A stretch of 61,742 bases of DNA, the filler included. It is 5 parts of 5 records of this genome, joined end to end, with 100 filler letters (N's around TTAATTAATTAA, not from the genome) between each part and the next. Parts side by side here need not be neighbours in the genome. Positions count along the whole stretch, not along the records: positions 30,978 to 50,732 come from DRR723986_5443; positions 50,833 to 61,742 come from DRR723986_5446; 3 more parts are not named here. The stretch is one strand, 5' to 3'. The notes below the pieces were generated by a model, which was not told the origin of the DNA, did no database searches, and saw only the letters and a list, made by a program, of their open reading frames with translations. The position numbers and the translations under genes are program-made. Each line of letters starts with the position of its first letter. The stretch's first letter is position 1. Shown piece by piece: positions 46,791 to 56,776 of the stretch.

Positions 46791-49589
46791 TTAGTTAACA
46801 ACTACCATCTTGCCAAACTGTAGCACTTCCCCGGCACGCAAACGCACATAATACGTCCCCGCGGCAAGCTGTCCGCCCCCGGAAGTACGGTCGCCAATCT
46901 GGACCGTATGCTCACCGGCAGCTAAATACCTGTTGTTAACAAGTGAACTCAACGTGCGGCCCTGACGGTCCACAACCTCGATCGTACACTTCGCTGCGCG
47001 CTCCAAGGTAAACTGAAGCGTGCCCGCGCCCTGCAGTGGCGTGGGTGAAACCCGCAAAGCCCCAAAGTCATTAAACTCCAGAGCCTCAGCGGCAGAAGTC
47101 GTTGCGTCAAAGAAATCGGCGTCCACATTTGCCGAATACATACCATTGCCATGGGTGCCAATAGCAACCAGACGATCGGACTGACGCGAAACAACCATAT
47201 CAACAACCACGTTGCCAATCAACTCCTCGCCCTGCTGTACCCAACGCGTTTCGTCGCCGTTTAGAGTCACAGTCGCAAACAAACCAACACTGGTGCCCAC
47301 AAAGTAGGCTGTGCCAAATTCGGTTGGTAAAATCGTCGCCCAGGAAACCGAAGGTCCGTCGCCGGAAGGATTACCGTCCTGCTCCAGATTGCCGCTGATC
47401 GGCGTCCAGGTCGTGCCGCCATTTTCGGTGTAGAACACACTTTCTATACGGTAGTTTGACATTACCGCAATTGCTTTGTCCGCATCCGTGGGATCGACCG
47501 CCACGCAGTTAACATATCCGAATTCGGCATAGTCGCGCAAATCGGCGGTGGCATTAACAACTACGGGATCGCCGACATTTGCATTGTCAATGCGGTAAAC
47601 TTCACCACGGTTGGTACCGTAATACACGCGATTGGCCGGCTCAGTCGAAACAACAACACTTGTAATTCGCCCAGCCGCATTGGGGAAATGATCAATCTTA
47701 TCCCAGTCCACAATAACGCCGCTCGGCTGCCCGGATGTATTCGTGCGCCACAGCGCCCAACGCGTTACCATATACAGCACACGCCCGTCAGTCGGATCCA
47801 TCGCGAATGGGTTAATAAAGATATATTCACTATCCTCAACGCCCGCTGGGTTCATACGTGTGCGCTGCAAACGTGTACCATCCTCCGCCAGCCGCAGATA
47901 GTTTAAAGCACCGTTTTGCGAAGAAACATAGTAATGCGTGCGCCCGGGAGCCACAGCACAGAACGATCCGTCACCGCCCAGAACCTCGGCCCACTCATCA
48001 TTGGCGTCAAAGGTGCCACCCAGCAGCGTACCGTTGTCCTGCGTCCCGCCCACAATGAACGGATCGTCCGCGGTTACCGGATCAATCGCAAGTGAGAAAA
48101 ACTGCGTGGTAAAGTAGCCTCTGTTTAAGTCTTCCCAGATAATTTCATCGGCCTCATTATCTTCCGTACGATAAATACCGCCGTCATTGCCTGAAAGCAT
48201 ACGCCTGGGGTTTGAGGGATAGAACACAATCGCGTGCTGGTCCGGATGGTGATTCGGAAACAGGAACTGCTCTTCCGTCGGCTCTGGATTATAGCCGCCA
48301 ATCCACGTGGTTTTGCGGCTGGAGTTAAAGCCGTCGTCGGAGCGGTAAATATTGCGGCCACCAACATATACAATCAGGTCGTCGTCCGGATGCACCGCCA
48401 CAGTCATGTTATAGTTAAACTGCGAGTTAATCGTGCCAAACTCACCGGTTCTCGGTAAGTTTTCCGAGAGATCATCCCAAATATTTTCGCCGACACCCTC
48501 GGTGCGGTCCACAAACTTAAACAGCGAATGAGAAGCCGTTCCGCGTCCAGGCGTACGCGCAAAAAAGAGCATCTCATCGTAAAATGGCGAAGGCCCAATT
48601 ACGACACGCTGGATCGGTGCCGGCCAGAAGTTCGGAGTTACATCCGTCCAGTCCAATCCGTCGTCCGAACGCCAGACGCCACCATCCATGCCCGTCGAAA
48701 GTACGGCGTAGACATCACCGAGTTCGTTAACATATACGTCCGTATATGCGCCACCCTCATCCAGGTCACCGAGCACAACTTCCCAGGATTCACCGCCGTC
48801 AGCCGAACGTTGGATGCCGCCAAATCCGGCCACATATACAATGTCCTGATCCATGCGCGAATTATCGACAGCTACATTCCATACATAGTCAAACATATTG
48901 TCAGAAGAAGTCGGGCGTCCGGCTTTGGTCGATTCCAGCTGACTCCAGGTGCGGCCGCCGTCATCTGACTTAAACAAACCGTCGCCGCGGAAGGGAGCGC
49001 CCTGCCCATCGGCACTATTGCCGCGGAACTCACCCGTACCGTAATACCATGTTCCGGTGCGGCCTTCGCGTTTATCCTGTGCAATACATGTTATACTCTG
49101 CAAATCAGTTGGGTTAGTGCGTTTGCTCCACGACTGCCCGTCATTTTCACTTAACCACAAGCCACCGGAGACGCCGCCGGCCAGAAGCCGCATTTCATTG
49201 GATGCGTCAATCGCCAGCGCGCGCGTACGTCCGCCAACGTTAAACGGTCCACGGCGCTGCCAGCTGGTATTCAGGAAGTTAAGTTCGTCCGTGGCTCCTT
49301 TTGCCAGCGCCGCGAATTGCAAATCCCGATCCGTCACCATCGAATTCGCATAGTTCAGCGAGCGTGCATGGATGTCGCCTGGAATCGTCGCATCCGCCAA
49401 AAAACCACGTTTTTCGAGTTCGTACTGCAGACGCGCCGTTGGTTTGTCCCGCGTGCCACGCGCATAGGTGGCCTGTGCCACATCGTCATTCACTCCCGCA
49501 TCCTGCGTTGGTGGCTGCATGGTGACGGCAAAGACTAGCAGGCTCAGAAAGCCCAGAACGGCAATAGATCGGATCAATAACTTAGGCAT
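46791..49589 (-). CDS. Secreted BNR/Asp-box (VPS10/YCF48-like) propeller protein with T9SS-type CTD
   Basis: RGPFNVGGRTRALAID; Asp-boxes SENDGQSW, SDDGGRTW, SADGGESW and TENGGTTW; HPDQH; GGTQDNGT; CTD LAAGTYYVRL. Confidence 0.88.
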   Translation of the reverse strand: MPKLLIRSIAVLGFLSLLVFAVTMQPPTQDAGVNDDVAQATYARGTRDKPTARLQYELEKRGFLADATIPGDIHARSLNYANSMVTDRDLQFAALAKGATDELNFLNTSWQRRGPFNVGGRTRALAIDASNEMRLLAGGVSGGLWLSENDGQSWSKRTNPTDLQSITCIAQDKREGRTGTWYYGTGEFRGNSADGQGAPFRGDGLFKSDDGGRTWSQLESTKAGRPTSSDNMFDYVWNVAVDNSRMDQDIVYVAGFGGIQRSADGGESWEVVLGDLDEGGAYTDVYVNELGDVYAVLSTGMDGGVWRSDDGLDWTDVTPNFWPAPIQRVVIGPSPFYDEMLFFARTPGRGTASHSLFKFVDRTEGVGENIWDDLSENLPRTGEFGTINSQFNYNMTVAVHPDDDLIVYVGGRNIYRSDDGFNSSRKTTWIGGYNPEPTEEQFLFPNHHPDQHAIVFYPSNPRRMLSGNDGGIYRTEDNEADEIIWEDLNRGYFTTQFFSLAIDPVTADDPFIVGGTQDNGTLLGGTFDANDEWAEVLGGDGSFCAVAPGRTHYYVSSQNGALNYLRLAEDGTRLQRTRMNPAGVEDSEYIFINPFAMDPTDGRVLYMVTRWALWRTNTSGQPSGVIVDWDKIDHFPNAAGRITSVVVSTEPANRVYYGTNRGEVYRIDNANVGDPVVVNATADLRDYAEFGYVNCVAVDPTDADKAIAVMSNYRIESVFYTENGGTTWTPISGNLEQDGNPSGDGPSVSWATILPTEFGTAYFVGTSVGLFATVTLNGDETRWVQQGEELIGNVVVDMVVSRQSDRLVAIGTHGNGMYSANVDADFFDATTSAAEALEFNDFGALRVSPTPLQGAGTLQFTLERAAKCTIEVVDRQGRTLSSLVNNRYLAAGEHTVQIGDRTSGGGQLAAGTYYVRLRAGEVLQFGKMVVVN

Positions 49590-49839
49590 GGGTTTGTACT
49601 CTCACATTTCACGAATTGCGAAGTCTCGACGCTAAACCTAACCCCGACACGCCAAATTTGTTGCTCGCACGCTATATTTGTGTCGGGATCGGCAGCTGGA
49701 ACCGGACCGTACTTTCGGCCTCAGCTCCCGTTTACGCGCCATGTGCAAGTTAGCAGAGCGCGCCGCCCCAGCCAAAATGCGTAGGCACAGACGGCTTCCA
49801 CACTGGCTTTGGCGGCGGAAAATACAGCAGGACAAGATC

Positions 49840-50346
49840 ATGAATCGTACAAAAGAATCGCGGAAAAGCGCAACACACACGCAGTCACAGGCCGCGCAGA
49901 ATTTTACCTCGGAAGTCTCTGCCGAGCAAATTTCGGAGCGTCTGGCGGCCTATCCAGCGCATGTGCGTCAGGGTCTGGAGCAGTTGCGCAGCATGATCAT
50001 CACACAGGCGGAGCTGGACCCGGCGATTGGTCAGCTCTGTGAGACGCTCAAATGGGGCCAGCTCAGTTACCTGACGCGCAAGCCGCAGACCGGCACCACA
50101 ATTCGCCTGGGAAGCTCCAAAAAGGCACCCGATTCCCCCGCACTTTTTGTGCATTGCCAAACACCGTTGATCGCACATTTCAAGGGCATTTTTGGTGATA
50201 TTTTTGCATACGAGAGTACTCGTGCTTTGATTTGCCGCGGAGATAAACCACTGCCGGAAAAGGAATTGGAAGAATGCATTCGCCTGGCACTACGTTATCA
50301 CATCGATAAAAAACAGGGTTTGTATGCGGATATTGCGGCCGAATAA
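49840..50346 (+). CDS. DUF1801 (YdhG-like) protein
   Basis: ETLKWGQLSYLT..P..GTTIRL...LFVHCQT.LI..F...ALRYH. Confidence 0.85.
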   Translation: MNRTKESRKSATHTQSQAAQNFTSEVSAEQISERLAAYPAHVRQGLEQLRSMIITQAELDPAIGQLCETLKWGQLSYLTRKPQTGTTIRLGSSKKAPDSPALFVHCQTPLIAHFKGIFGDIFAYESTRALICRGDKPLPEKELEECIRLALRYHIDKKQGLYADIAAE

Positions 50347-50732
50347 TCTCTTTCTGATTTGCTCCAAGTTTTGATGCTGTGTCTCCTCGTACTGCGGCTG
50401 ATTGCAGCGCCCCAGCTGCGCGGTGGCTTGCCTTTTGAGCTTCCTGTTAATCGCTCAGAGGCCAGGTAGAATGCGCTGCGAGAGTCCCATGTATTAAAAA
50501 CGAAATGCCGCCATCCTGTAGCGCGTGCTTCCGGTGGCTCCACCGCAATGACGGGCGACGCCGGTACAATTGTATGAATCCAATGCTGCTGTGATCCGAT
50601 GTATATCAGGCATTGAGATTGAGGCGTAAGGACGCCTGTGCCTCAACCTTGAGAGTTGATTCGCAGGCTGGAGCTTGGGCCTTAGTGACTCATAACAGGC
50701 TGAGGTATTTTATGCATTATCTCTCATCAAAA

Positions 50733-50832
50733 NNNNNNNNNNNNNNNNNNNNNNNNNNNNNNNNNNNNNNNNNNNNTTAATTAATTAANNNNNNNNNNNN
50801 NNNNNNNNNNNNNNNNNNNNNNNNNNNNNNNN
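50733..50832. other. Artificial contig linker
   Basis: N-run + TTAATTAATTAA + N-run. Confidence 0.98.
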
Positions 50833-51436
50833 GGGGGCAAAGCTGGTCGCGCCCGCCGCAAGCAGAAATGTACAGGCCATATGCGCCTTGCTGGACCAAG
50901 TGGCCCCGTCAGGAACACGCGCGCTGGAACTGGCCAGTGGTACCGGGCAGCATATAGTTGCCTTTGCCGCCCAAATGCCAAGGTTTCAGTGGCAACCCAG
51001 CGAAATAGACGCGGTCAGACGCGCCAGTATTGATGCCTATGCTACAGGGATCGACAATGTCGCCCCGGCGATAGCTTTGGATGCCACGGCGTCAGGTTGG
51101 GCGACACAGCATGGGGGACAGGATCTGATCGTCTTGGTCAACCTGTTGCACCTGATCAGTGCGCCAGAAACGGAACGCCTGATTTCGCAGGTTGCCGTCG
51201 CCTTGACCCCCGGTGGTCGTGCGGTTCTGTACGGGCCGTTCCTAAGGGGTGGCGACCTGATCAGCGATGGCGACAAGGCGTTTCATGCCTCGCTGATCGC
51301 TCAAGACCCCGAGATTGGGTACAAAGACGATTTCGACATCATGGACCTGCTACAGGACGCTGGGCTAGAGATGGCAGAGGTGATCGAGATGCCAGCCAAC
51401 AATTTGGCTTTGGTGGCAGAAAAACCGCCCATCTGA
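50833..51436 (+). CDS. DUF938 SAM-dependent methyltransferase (5' partial)
   Basis: APAASRN, LELASGTGQH, WQPSE, NLLHLI, YGPF, EMPANNL. Confidence 0.9.
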
Positions 51437-51511
51437 TCAAGATCAAAGTCAGCGTGAGGGAAACGTTAAATACATCAGGAAAATGATATGTGTTTAAAGA
51501 AGGATCCCCTG

Positions 51512-51847
51512 ATGTCTTGGAATGAAAAACTATCGCAAACCCGCTCTGGTCTGCGCAATCTCAATGGCGCCATTCCTGAAACCGCGCGGGCCTTTGGGGC
51601 TCTTGGCAAAACCGTCAAAGAAGGCGGCGCGTTGGATTTCAAAACCAAAGAATTCATCGCCCTTGGCATTTCTATCGCATCACGGTGCGAACCCTGCATT
51701 TCATTGCATGTTGAGGCATTGGCCAAAGCTGGCGCAACCCGCGAAGAAGTGTCTGATGTCTTGGGCATGAGCATTCAGATGGGCGGTGGTCCCTCGATGA
51801 TGTACGCGGCCAAAGCGTTGGAATGTTACGACGAACTGACCGCATAG
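51512..51847 (+). CDS. Carboxymuconolactone decarboxylase/AhpD-like protein
   Basis: GALDFKTKEFIAL...RCEPCISLH...MGGGPS. Confidence 0.9.
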   Translation: MSWNEKLSQTRSGLRNLNGAIPETARAFGALGKTVKEGGALDFKTKEFIALGISIASRCEPCISLHVEALAKAGATREEVSDVLGMSIQMGGGPSMMYAAKALECYDELTA

Positions 51848-51939
51848 GTCACACTGCCCCAACCCGAGATTGGGCGCAATTGACTTGTTTCGCGCCCACG
51901 TTGACACGTAGGCTGCGGTCATAGGATGGAGACAGACAC

Positions 51940-52470
51940 ATGACCGCATTCTCATTTGAAACGATGGTACAGGACCTGCGGGCTTGCGTTGGGTCGCCAG
52001 ATCCACAGGCCGCGATCCGACTCTATCTAGAGCGGCTGGTGCAATATCCTGCCGCCCCATTGCTGACCGCGTCGGATCAATTGAGCGACCCTGAGACCCT
52101 GTTTTTTGAAGACGCGGATCTGTCGATCTGGCATTGCCGCTTTCAGCCCGGAACCATGATGCCCCCGCACGAACATCTGCTGCCGGTGTTCATCGCTTGC
52201 TACGCAGGTGAAGAAAAAAGTTTTTTGTTTCAAACCAATGATTCCGGGCTGGAGCATATTGGCGACCTCTCGGCCCATGCAGGCGATGTAATCCTGTTGG
52301 ATCAAGACGCGATACATGCCGTCACAGCAAATGGTGACCGCCCCAGCGAGGCAATCCATGTCTATCTCGGCCCCTTGATGACGCTTAAGCGGGACTTGTT
52401 TGACTGGGAAAGTGGCGATGCCGTGCCGTTCACGATGGATGCCTTTGAAAGCATGAAGCGCCCTGCGTAA
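51940..52470 (+). CDS. Cysteine dioxygenase-like cupin
   Basis: PPHEH, DAIHAV and AIHVY metal-binding pattern. Confidence 0.75.
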   Translation: MTAFSFETMVQDLRACVGSPDPQAAIRLYLERLVQYPAAPLLTASDQLSDPETLFFEDADLSIWHCRFQPGTMMPPHEHLLPVFIACYAGEEKSFLFQTNDSGLEHIGDLSAHAGDVILLDQDAIHAVTANGDRPSEAIHVYLGPLMTLKRDLFDWESGDAVPFTMDAFESMKRPA

Positions 52471-52491
52471 ACCCGCTTAAATCAACCCAAC

Positions 52492-52522
52492 AAAAAAGGC
52501 CGCGGAAACTGTCCGCGGCCTT
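52492..52522 (-). terminator. Intrinsic terminator between convergent genes
   Basis: AAGGCCGCGGA / TCCGCGGCCTT stem with a flanking A-run. Confidence 0.85.
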
Positions 52523-52544
52523 CTCTATTCAACTAAGAACCGGA

Positions 52545-55052
52545 TTATCCGTTCATACGGATGGTTTCGTTTTTCGGGTCATAGGGGCTGTCGACAGTGA
52601 TTTCCGCATCCCACAACTCGTCCTGCATCCGCACCTTAAGCTTGGTACCCGGAACCGCCAGTTCTGGTGGTACATAGCCCATGCCAATGCTCTTCTCAAA
52701 AGCAACCGAATAGCCGCCCGAGGTCAAGCGACCTACGCGGGTGCCATCCTCGGCATAAAGCGCCTCGCGGCCCCATGGGTCGGCGTCTGCGGGTCCGTCG
52801 ATCAGCAAGGTGACGCATTTGAAACGCACACCGGTTTCAACCATGGCATCCTTGCCGTTGAACTCTTTGCTGAGGTCAATAAAGCGCGGCAGGTCGGCTT
52901 CGGCCGGAGTCGCGTCGCGGCCCAGTTCGTTGCCAAAGGCGCGATAAGATTTCTCCTGACGGAGCCAGTTCTGCGCCCGTGCACCCACCAGTTTCATACC
53001 GTGCTTTTCGCCAGCCTTTTCGAGCAGGTCGAACAGGTAGTTCTGCATCTCCATCGGGTGGTGCAATTCCCAGCCCAATTCACCGGTGTAGGCCACGCGG
53101 ATCGCATTCACAGGGCACATGCCCAGTTCGATCTGCTTGGCTGAAAGCCATGGGAAGCTCTTATTGGTCAGCGCCGTTTCCGGGTCTGCATCAACAATTA
53201 CCTCTTTCAACACATCACGGGCTTTGGGGCCTGCGATGGCGAACACGCCCCACTGCGTGGTGACATCCTGAATCTCTATGTAACCGAATTCTTCCATTTT
53301 ATCTTCGGCGGCTTTGCGCAGGAAGTCGGCGTCATATTCGGTCCAGGCGCCAGCAGAGACGAGGTAATAGTTGTTCTCGCCGTTGCGCACGATGGTGTAT
53401 TCGGTGCGTGTGGTGCCTGCCGAGGTCAGAGCGTAGGTCAGGTTGATCCGGCCAACCTTGGGCAGTTTGTTGCAGGTGAACCAGTCGAGGAACTGCGTGG
53501 CACCGGGGCCCTTGACCACGTGCTTGGTAAACGCGGTTGCATCGATCAGGCCCACACCTTCACGGATTGCTTTGGCTTCATCTACTGCGTGCTGCCACCA
53601 GCCGCCACGGCGGAACGAGCGTGCATCATGGTCGAAGTTTTCAGGTGCATCCAGTGGGCCATAATAGTTGGGGCGTTCCCAACCGTTGACCCAGCCAAAC
53701 TGTGCGCCACGGGCTTTCTGACGATCGAATGCAGGCGCAGTCCGCAAGGGGCGTGCTGCGGGACGTTCCTCGTCTGGGTGGTGCAAGATATAAACGTGCT
53801 CATAGCACTCTTCGTTCTTGCGCGCCGCGAATTCGGTGGTCATCCAGTTGGAGCTGTAGCGTTTGGGGTCCAGCGAGGCCATGTCGATCTCGGCTTCGCC
53901 ATCGACCATCATCTGAGCGAGGTAATAGCCAGTGCCACCAGCCGCGGTGATCCCGAACGAGAACCCTTCGGCAAGCCACATGTTGCGCAAACCCGGTGCG
54001 GGGCCAACCAGTGGGTTGCCATCCGGTGTGTAACAGATCGGGCCGTTGAAATCGTCCTTGAGGCCGGACTCGGCGCAAGAGGGCACACGTTCGGTCATTG
54101 CCATGTACTGATCAGCGATCCGGTCCAGATCGAGCGGGAACAGATCAGCGCGGAAGCTATCCGGCACACCGTGTTCAAACCGTGCAGGCGCATCTTTTTC
54201 ATAGATACCAAGAATCCAACCACCACGTTCTTCGCGGGCATAGGATTCATTGTCGGCGTCACGCACAACGGGGTGCTCAGGGTTACCTGCCTCGCGCCAT
54301 TTGACCAACTCGGGGTCTTGATCCATGACGATGAAAGTATGTTCCACCGGGATCGCAGGCATTTTGATGCCCAGCATCTTGGCGGTGCGCTGTGCGTGGT
54401 TGCCCGATGCGGTCACAACATGCTCGGCGGTGATCACAACCTGTTCGTCGGACGGAACAAGATTACCACCCTTCTCCACCATTTTGGTGCAGGTAACTTC
54501 CCAATGGGTTCCGGTCCAGTGGAAAGCATCTGCCTGCATCTTGCGCACGATTTCAACACCGCGCTGACGGGCGCCTTTGGCCATCGCCATAGTGACGTCG
54601 GCTGGGTTAATATACCCGTCTTCGGTGTGATAAATCGCGCCTTTCAGATCATCGGTACGGATCAGGGGCCAGCGTTCCTTGATCTGGTCGGGTGTCAGCC
54701 ACTCATACGGCACATCGCAAGATTCCGCGATCGAGGAGTAGAGCATATATTCATCCATACGCTCTTGGGTTTGCGCCATACGCAGGTTGCCTACGACTGC
54801 AAAACCCGCGTTCAATCCGGTTTCTTCTTCCAATTGCTTGTAGAAATCGACCGAGTATTTGTGGATATGCGTGGTCGCGTAGGACATGTTGAACAGCGGC
54901 AACAGGCCAGCAGCATGCCATGTAGAGCCCGATGTCAGCTCGTCGCGTTCGAGCAGCATAACGTCATCCCAGCCTGCTTTGGCCAGATGGTAGGCAATCG
55001 AGGTTCCAACGGCGCCACCGCCGACAACCAGTGCTTTGACTTGGGTTTTCAT
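52545..55052 (-). CDS. Dimethylglycine/sarcosine dehydrogenase-like flavoprotein with GcvT domain
   Basis: GGGAVG Rossmann motif, LTSGSTWHAAG (covalent-FAD His motif), YTPDGNP, YTGELGWELH. Confidence 0.92.
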   Translation of the reverse strand: MKTQVKALVVGGGAVGTSIAYHLAKAGWDDVMLLERDELTSGSTWHAAGLLPLFNMSYATTHIHKYSVDFYKQLEEETGLNAGFAVVGNLRMAQTQERMDEYMLYSSIAESCDVPYEWLTPDQIKERWPLIRTDDLKGAIYHTEDGYINPADVTMAMAKGARQRGVEIVRKMQADAFHWTGTHWEVTCTKMVEKGGNLVPSDEQVVITAEHVVTASGNHAQRTAKMLGIKMPAIPVEHTFIVMDQDPELVKWREAGNPEHPVVRDADNESYAREERGGWILGIYEKDAPARFEHGVPDSFRADLFPLDLDRIADQYMAMTERVPSCAESGLKDDFNGPICYTPDGNPLVGPAPGLRNMWLAEGFSFGITAAGGTGYYLAQMMVDGEAEIDMASLDPKRYSSNWMTTEFAARKNEECYEHVYILHHPDEERPAARPLRTAPAFDRQKARGAQFGWVNGWERPNYYGPLDAPENFDHDARSFRRGGWWQHAVDEAKAIREGVGLIDATAFTKHVVKGPGATQFLDWFTCNKLPKVGRINLTYALTSAGTTRTEYTIVRNGENNYYLVSAGAWTEYDADFLRKAAEDKMEEFGYIEIQDVTTQWGVFAIAGPKARDVLKEVIVDADPETALTNKSFPWLSAKQIELGMCPVNAIRVAYTGELGWELHHPMEMQNYLFDLLEKAGEKHGMKLVGARAQNWLRQEKSYRAFGNELGRDATPAEADLPRFIDLSKEFNGKDAMVETGVRFKCVTLLIDGPADADPWGREALYAEDGTRVGRLTSGGYSVAFEKSIGMGYVPPELAVPGTKLKVRMQDELWDAEITVDSPYDPKNETIRMNG

Positions 55053-55278
55053 GTGCCCGCTCTCCGGATTGAGTCTATTTACACGGGTTTATGCCCAACC
55101 CGGCGCGACCGGGCCAAGTCCAGCCGACGCAAAAAGGGGCAAAACCGACCTACGCGCGCTTCTAAAGCGGACAGGGGTCGGATTCTTTCCGTTGAAAAAG
55201 GTGAAGTTGATTTGCACCTTCACCCTTCTCTTTTGCACCTCATCGTTACGGGCCTTCTGCGCCCAACCCGCATCCCCG

Positions 55279-56676
55279 TTACAGGATCTTACCCGGGTTC
55301 ATGATATTGTCGGGATCCAGAGCCGCTTTGATCGCCTTCATATAGGTGGTTGCCGCCCCAAGTTCTTTGATCAGGTAGGGGCGTTTCCCCTGCCCGATGC
55401 CGTGTTCCCCGGTGCACGTGCCGTCCATCGAAATCGCCATATCGTTCAGCCAGCCGACGAATTCATCCGCCTTGGCCTTTTCGTCTTGGTTTTCCATATC
55501 GATCAGCAACAAAGTGTGGAAATTACCATCCCCCACGTGCCCTACGGTTGGCCCCATCAGGCCCAATTCGGCAACCTTGTCTTGGGCAGCCGTCACACAC
55601 TCCGCCAAGCGGGAAATGGGCACGCAAACATCCGTGGAAATACCGCTGGCACCGGGGCGCAATTGCAGCGAGGCCCAGTACATATCGTGGCGCGCCTGCC
55701 AAAGCTTGTTGCGTTCCTCGGTCGAGGTCGTGGCCTCAAAATCAACACCGCCAAAATCTTCTGCGATGGAACCAAAGGTTTCGGCCTGCTCAACGACACC
55801 TGCCTCTGAGCCATGAAACTCCAACAACAATAGCGGCGTCTCTGGCAACGACAGTTTGGAATAGGCGTTCGCGGCCTGAACCGATTGCACATCCAGCATT
55901 TCAATCCGGGCAACGGGAATGCCAAATTGGATCGTCATCATCACCGCACGGCACGCCGCATCAACGCTTGGAAACGAACAGCGCGCTGAGCTAATCGCCT
56001 CAGGGATGCCCTGTAATTTTAAGGTAACTTCGGTGATTAGGCCCAGTGTGCCCTCGGATCCGATCATTAGACGGGTCAAGTCATACCCGGCCGACGACTT
56101 TTTGGCGCGTTGGGCTGTGCGGATCACTTCGCCATCTGGCATCACCACCTCAAGCGCCAGAACATTGTCTTTCATCGTGCCATACCGGACTGCATTGGTG
56201 CCCGACGCACGTGTCGACGCCATCCCCCCAAGCGAGGCATTGGCCCCCGGGTCTATGGGAAAAAACAGCCCCTGATCGCGCAAGTGCGTGTTCAGTTGTT
56301 CGCGCGTCACCCCCGGTTGGATTACACAATCCAAATCCTCGGAATTGACAGTCAAAATCTGGTTCATCTGCGAGAGATCGACAGATATCCCACCTGCTGG
56401 CGCGTTCACATGCCCTTCAAGCGAGGTGCCGGTGCCAAAGGGGATAACGGGGACCTTATGCGCGGCGCAGGCTTTGACGATTTCAGACACCTCAGCGGTG
56501 GATTGTGGAAACACCACCGCATCCGGGGATTGGTTCACGATCCAAGTGGTCGTGTGTCCATGTTGTTCGCGGATGGATTGCCCGGTTTGCAACCGGTCCC
56601 CAAAACGTTGCTTGAGGATTCCGAGGACCGTTTCGATACCGACCTCGTTGCGCGGCAATGCGGTGGCTTGAACCAT
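55279..56676 (-). CDS. FAD-linked D-lactate dehydrogenase-like oxidase
   Basis: GTGTSLEGH, FPIDPGA.ASLGGM, GSEGTLG, GHVGDGNFH, GEHGIG.GK, NPGKI. Confidence 0.92.
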   Translation of the reverse strand: MVQATALPRNEVGIETVLGILKQRFGDRLQTGQSIREQHGHTTTWIVNQSPDAVVFPQSTAEVSEIVKACAAHKVPVIPFGTGTSLEGHVNAPAGGISVDLSQMNQILTVNSEDLDCVIQPGVTREQLNTHLRDQGLFFPIDPGANASLGGMASTRASGTNAVRYGTMKDNVLALEVVMPDGEVIRTAQRAKKSSAGYDLTRLMIGSEGTLGLITEVTLKLQGIPEAISSARCSFPSVDAACRAVMMTIQFGIPVARIEMLDVQSVQAANAYSKLSLPETPLLLLEFHGSEAGVVEQAETFGSIAEDFGGVDFEATTSTEERNKLWQARHDMYWASLQLRPGASGISTDVCVPISRLAECVTAAQDKVAELGLMGPTVGHVGDGNFHTLLLIDMENQDEKAKADEFVGWLNDMAISMDGTCTGEHGIGQGKRPYLIKELGAATTYMKAIKAALDPDNIMNPGKIL

Positions 56677-56776
56677 AAGATGTCTCCTGAGACCGTAGTG
56701 CCGGAGCACTTTGATTATCATGTTAACTTAGCGGGTTCGATTGTGGGCAATCAATACCCACAACCCCGTAGTTCCA

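Noticed and set aside
53520-55304. 594-aa plus-strand ORF
   Set aside because: Antisense shadow of the dimethylglycine dehydrogenase-like gene, with no motifs of its own.
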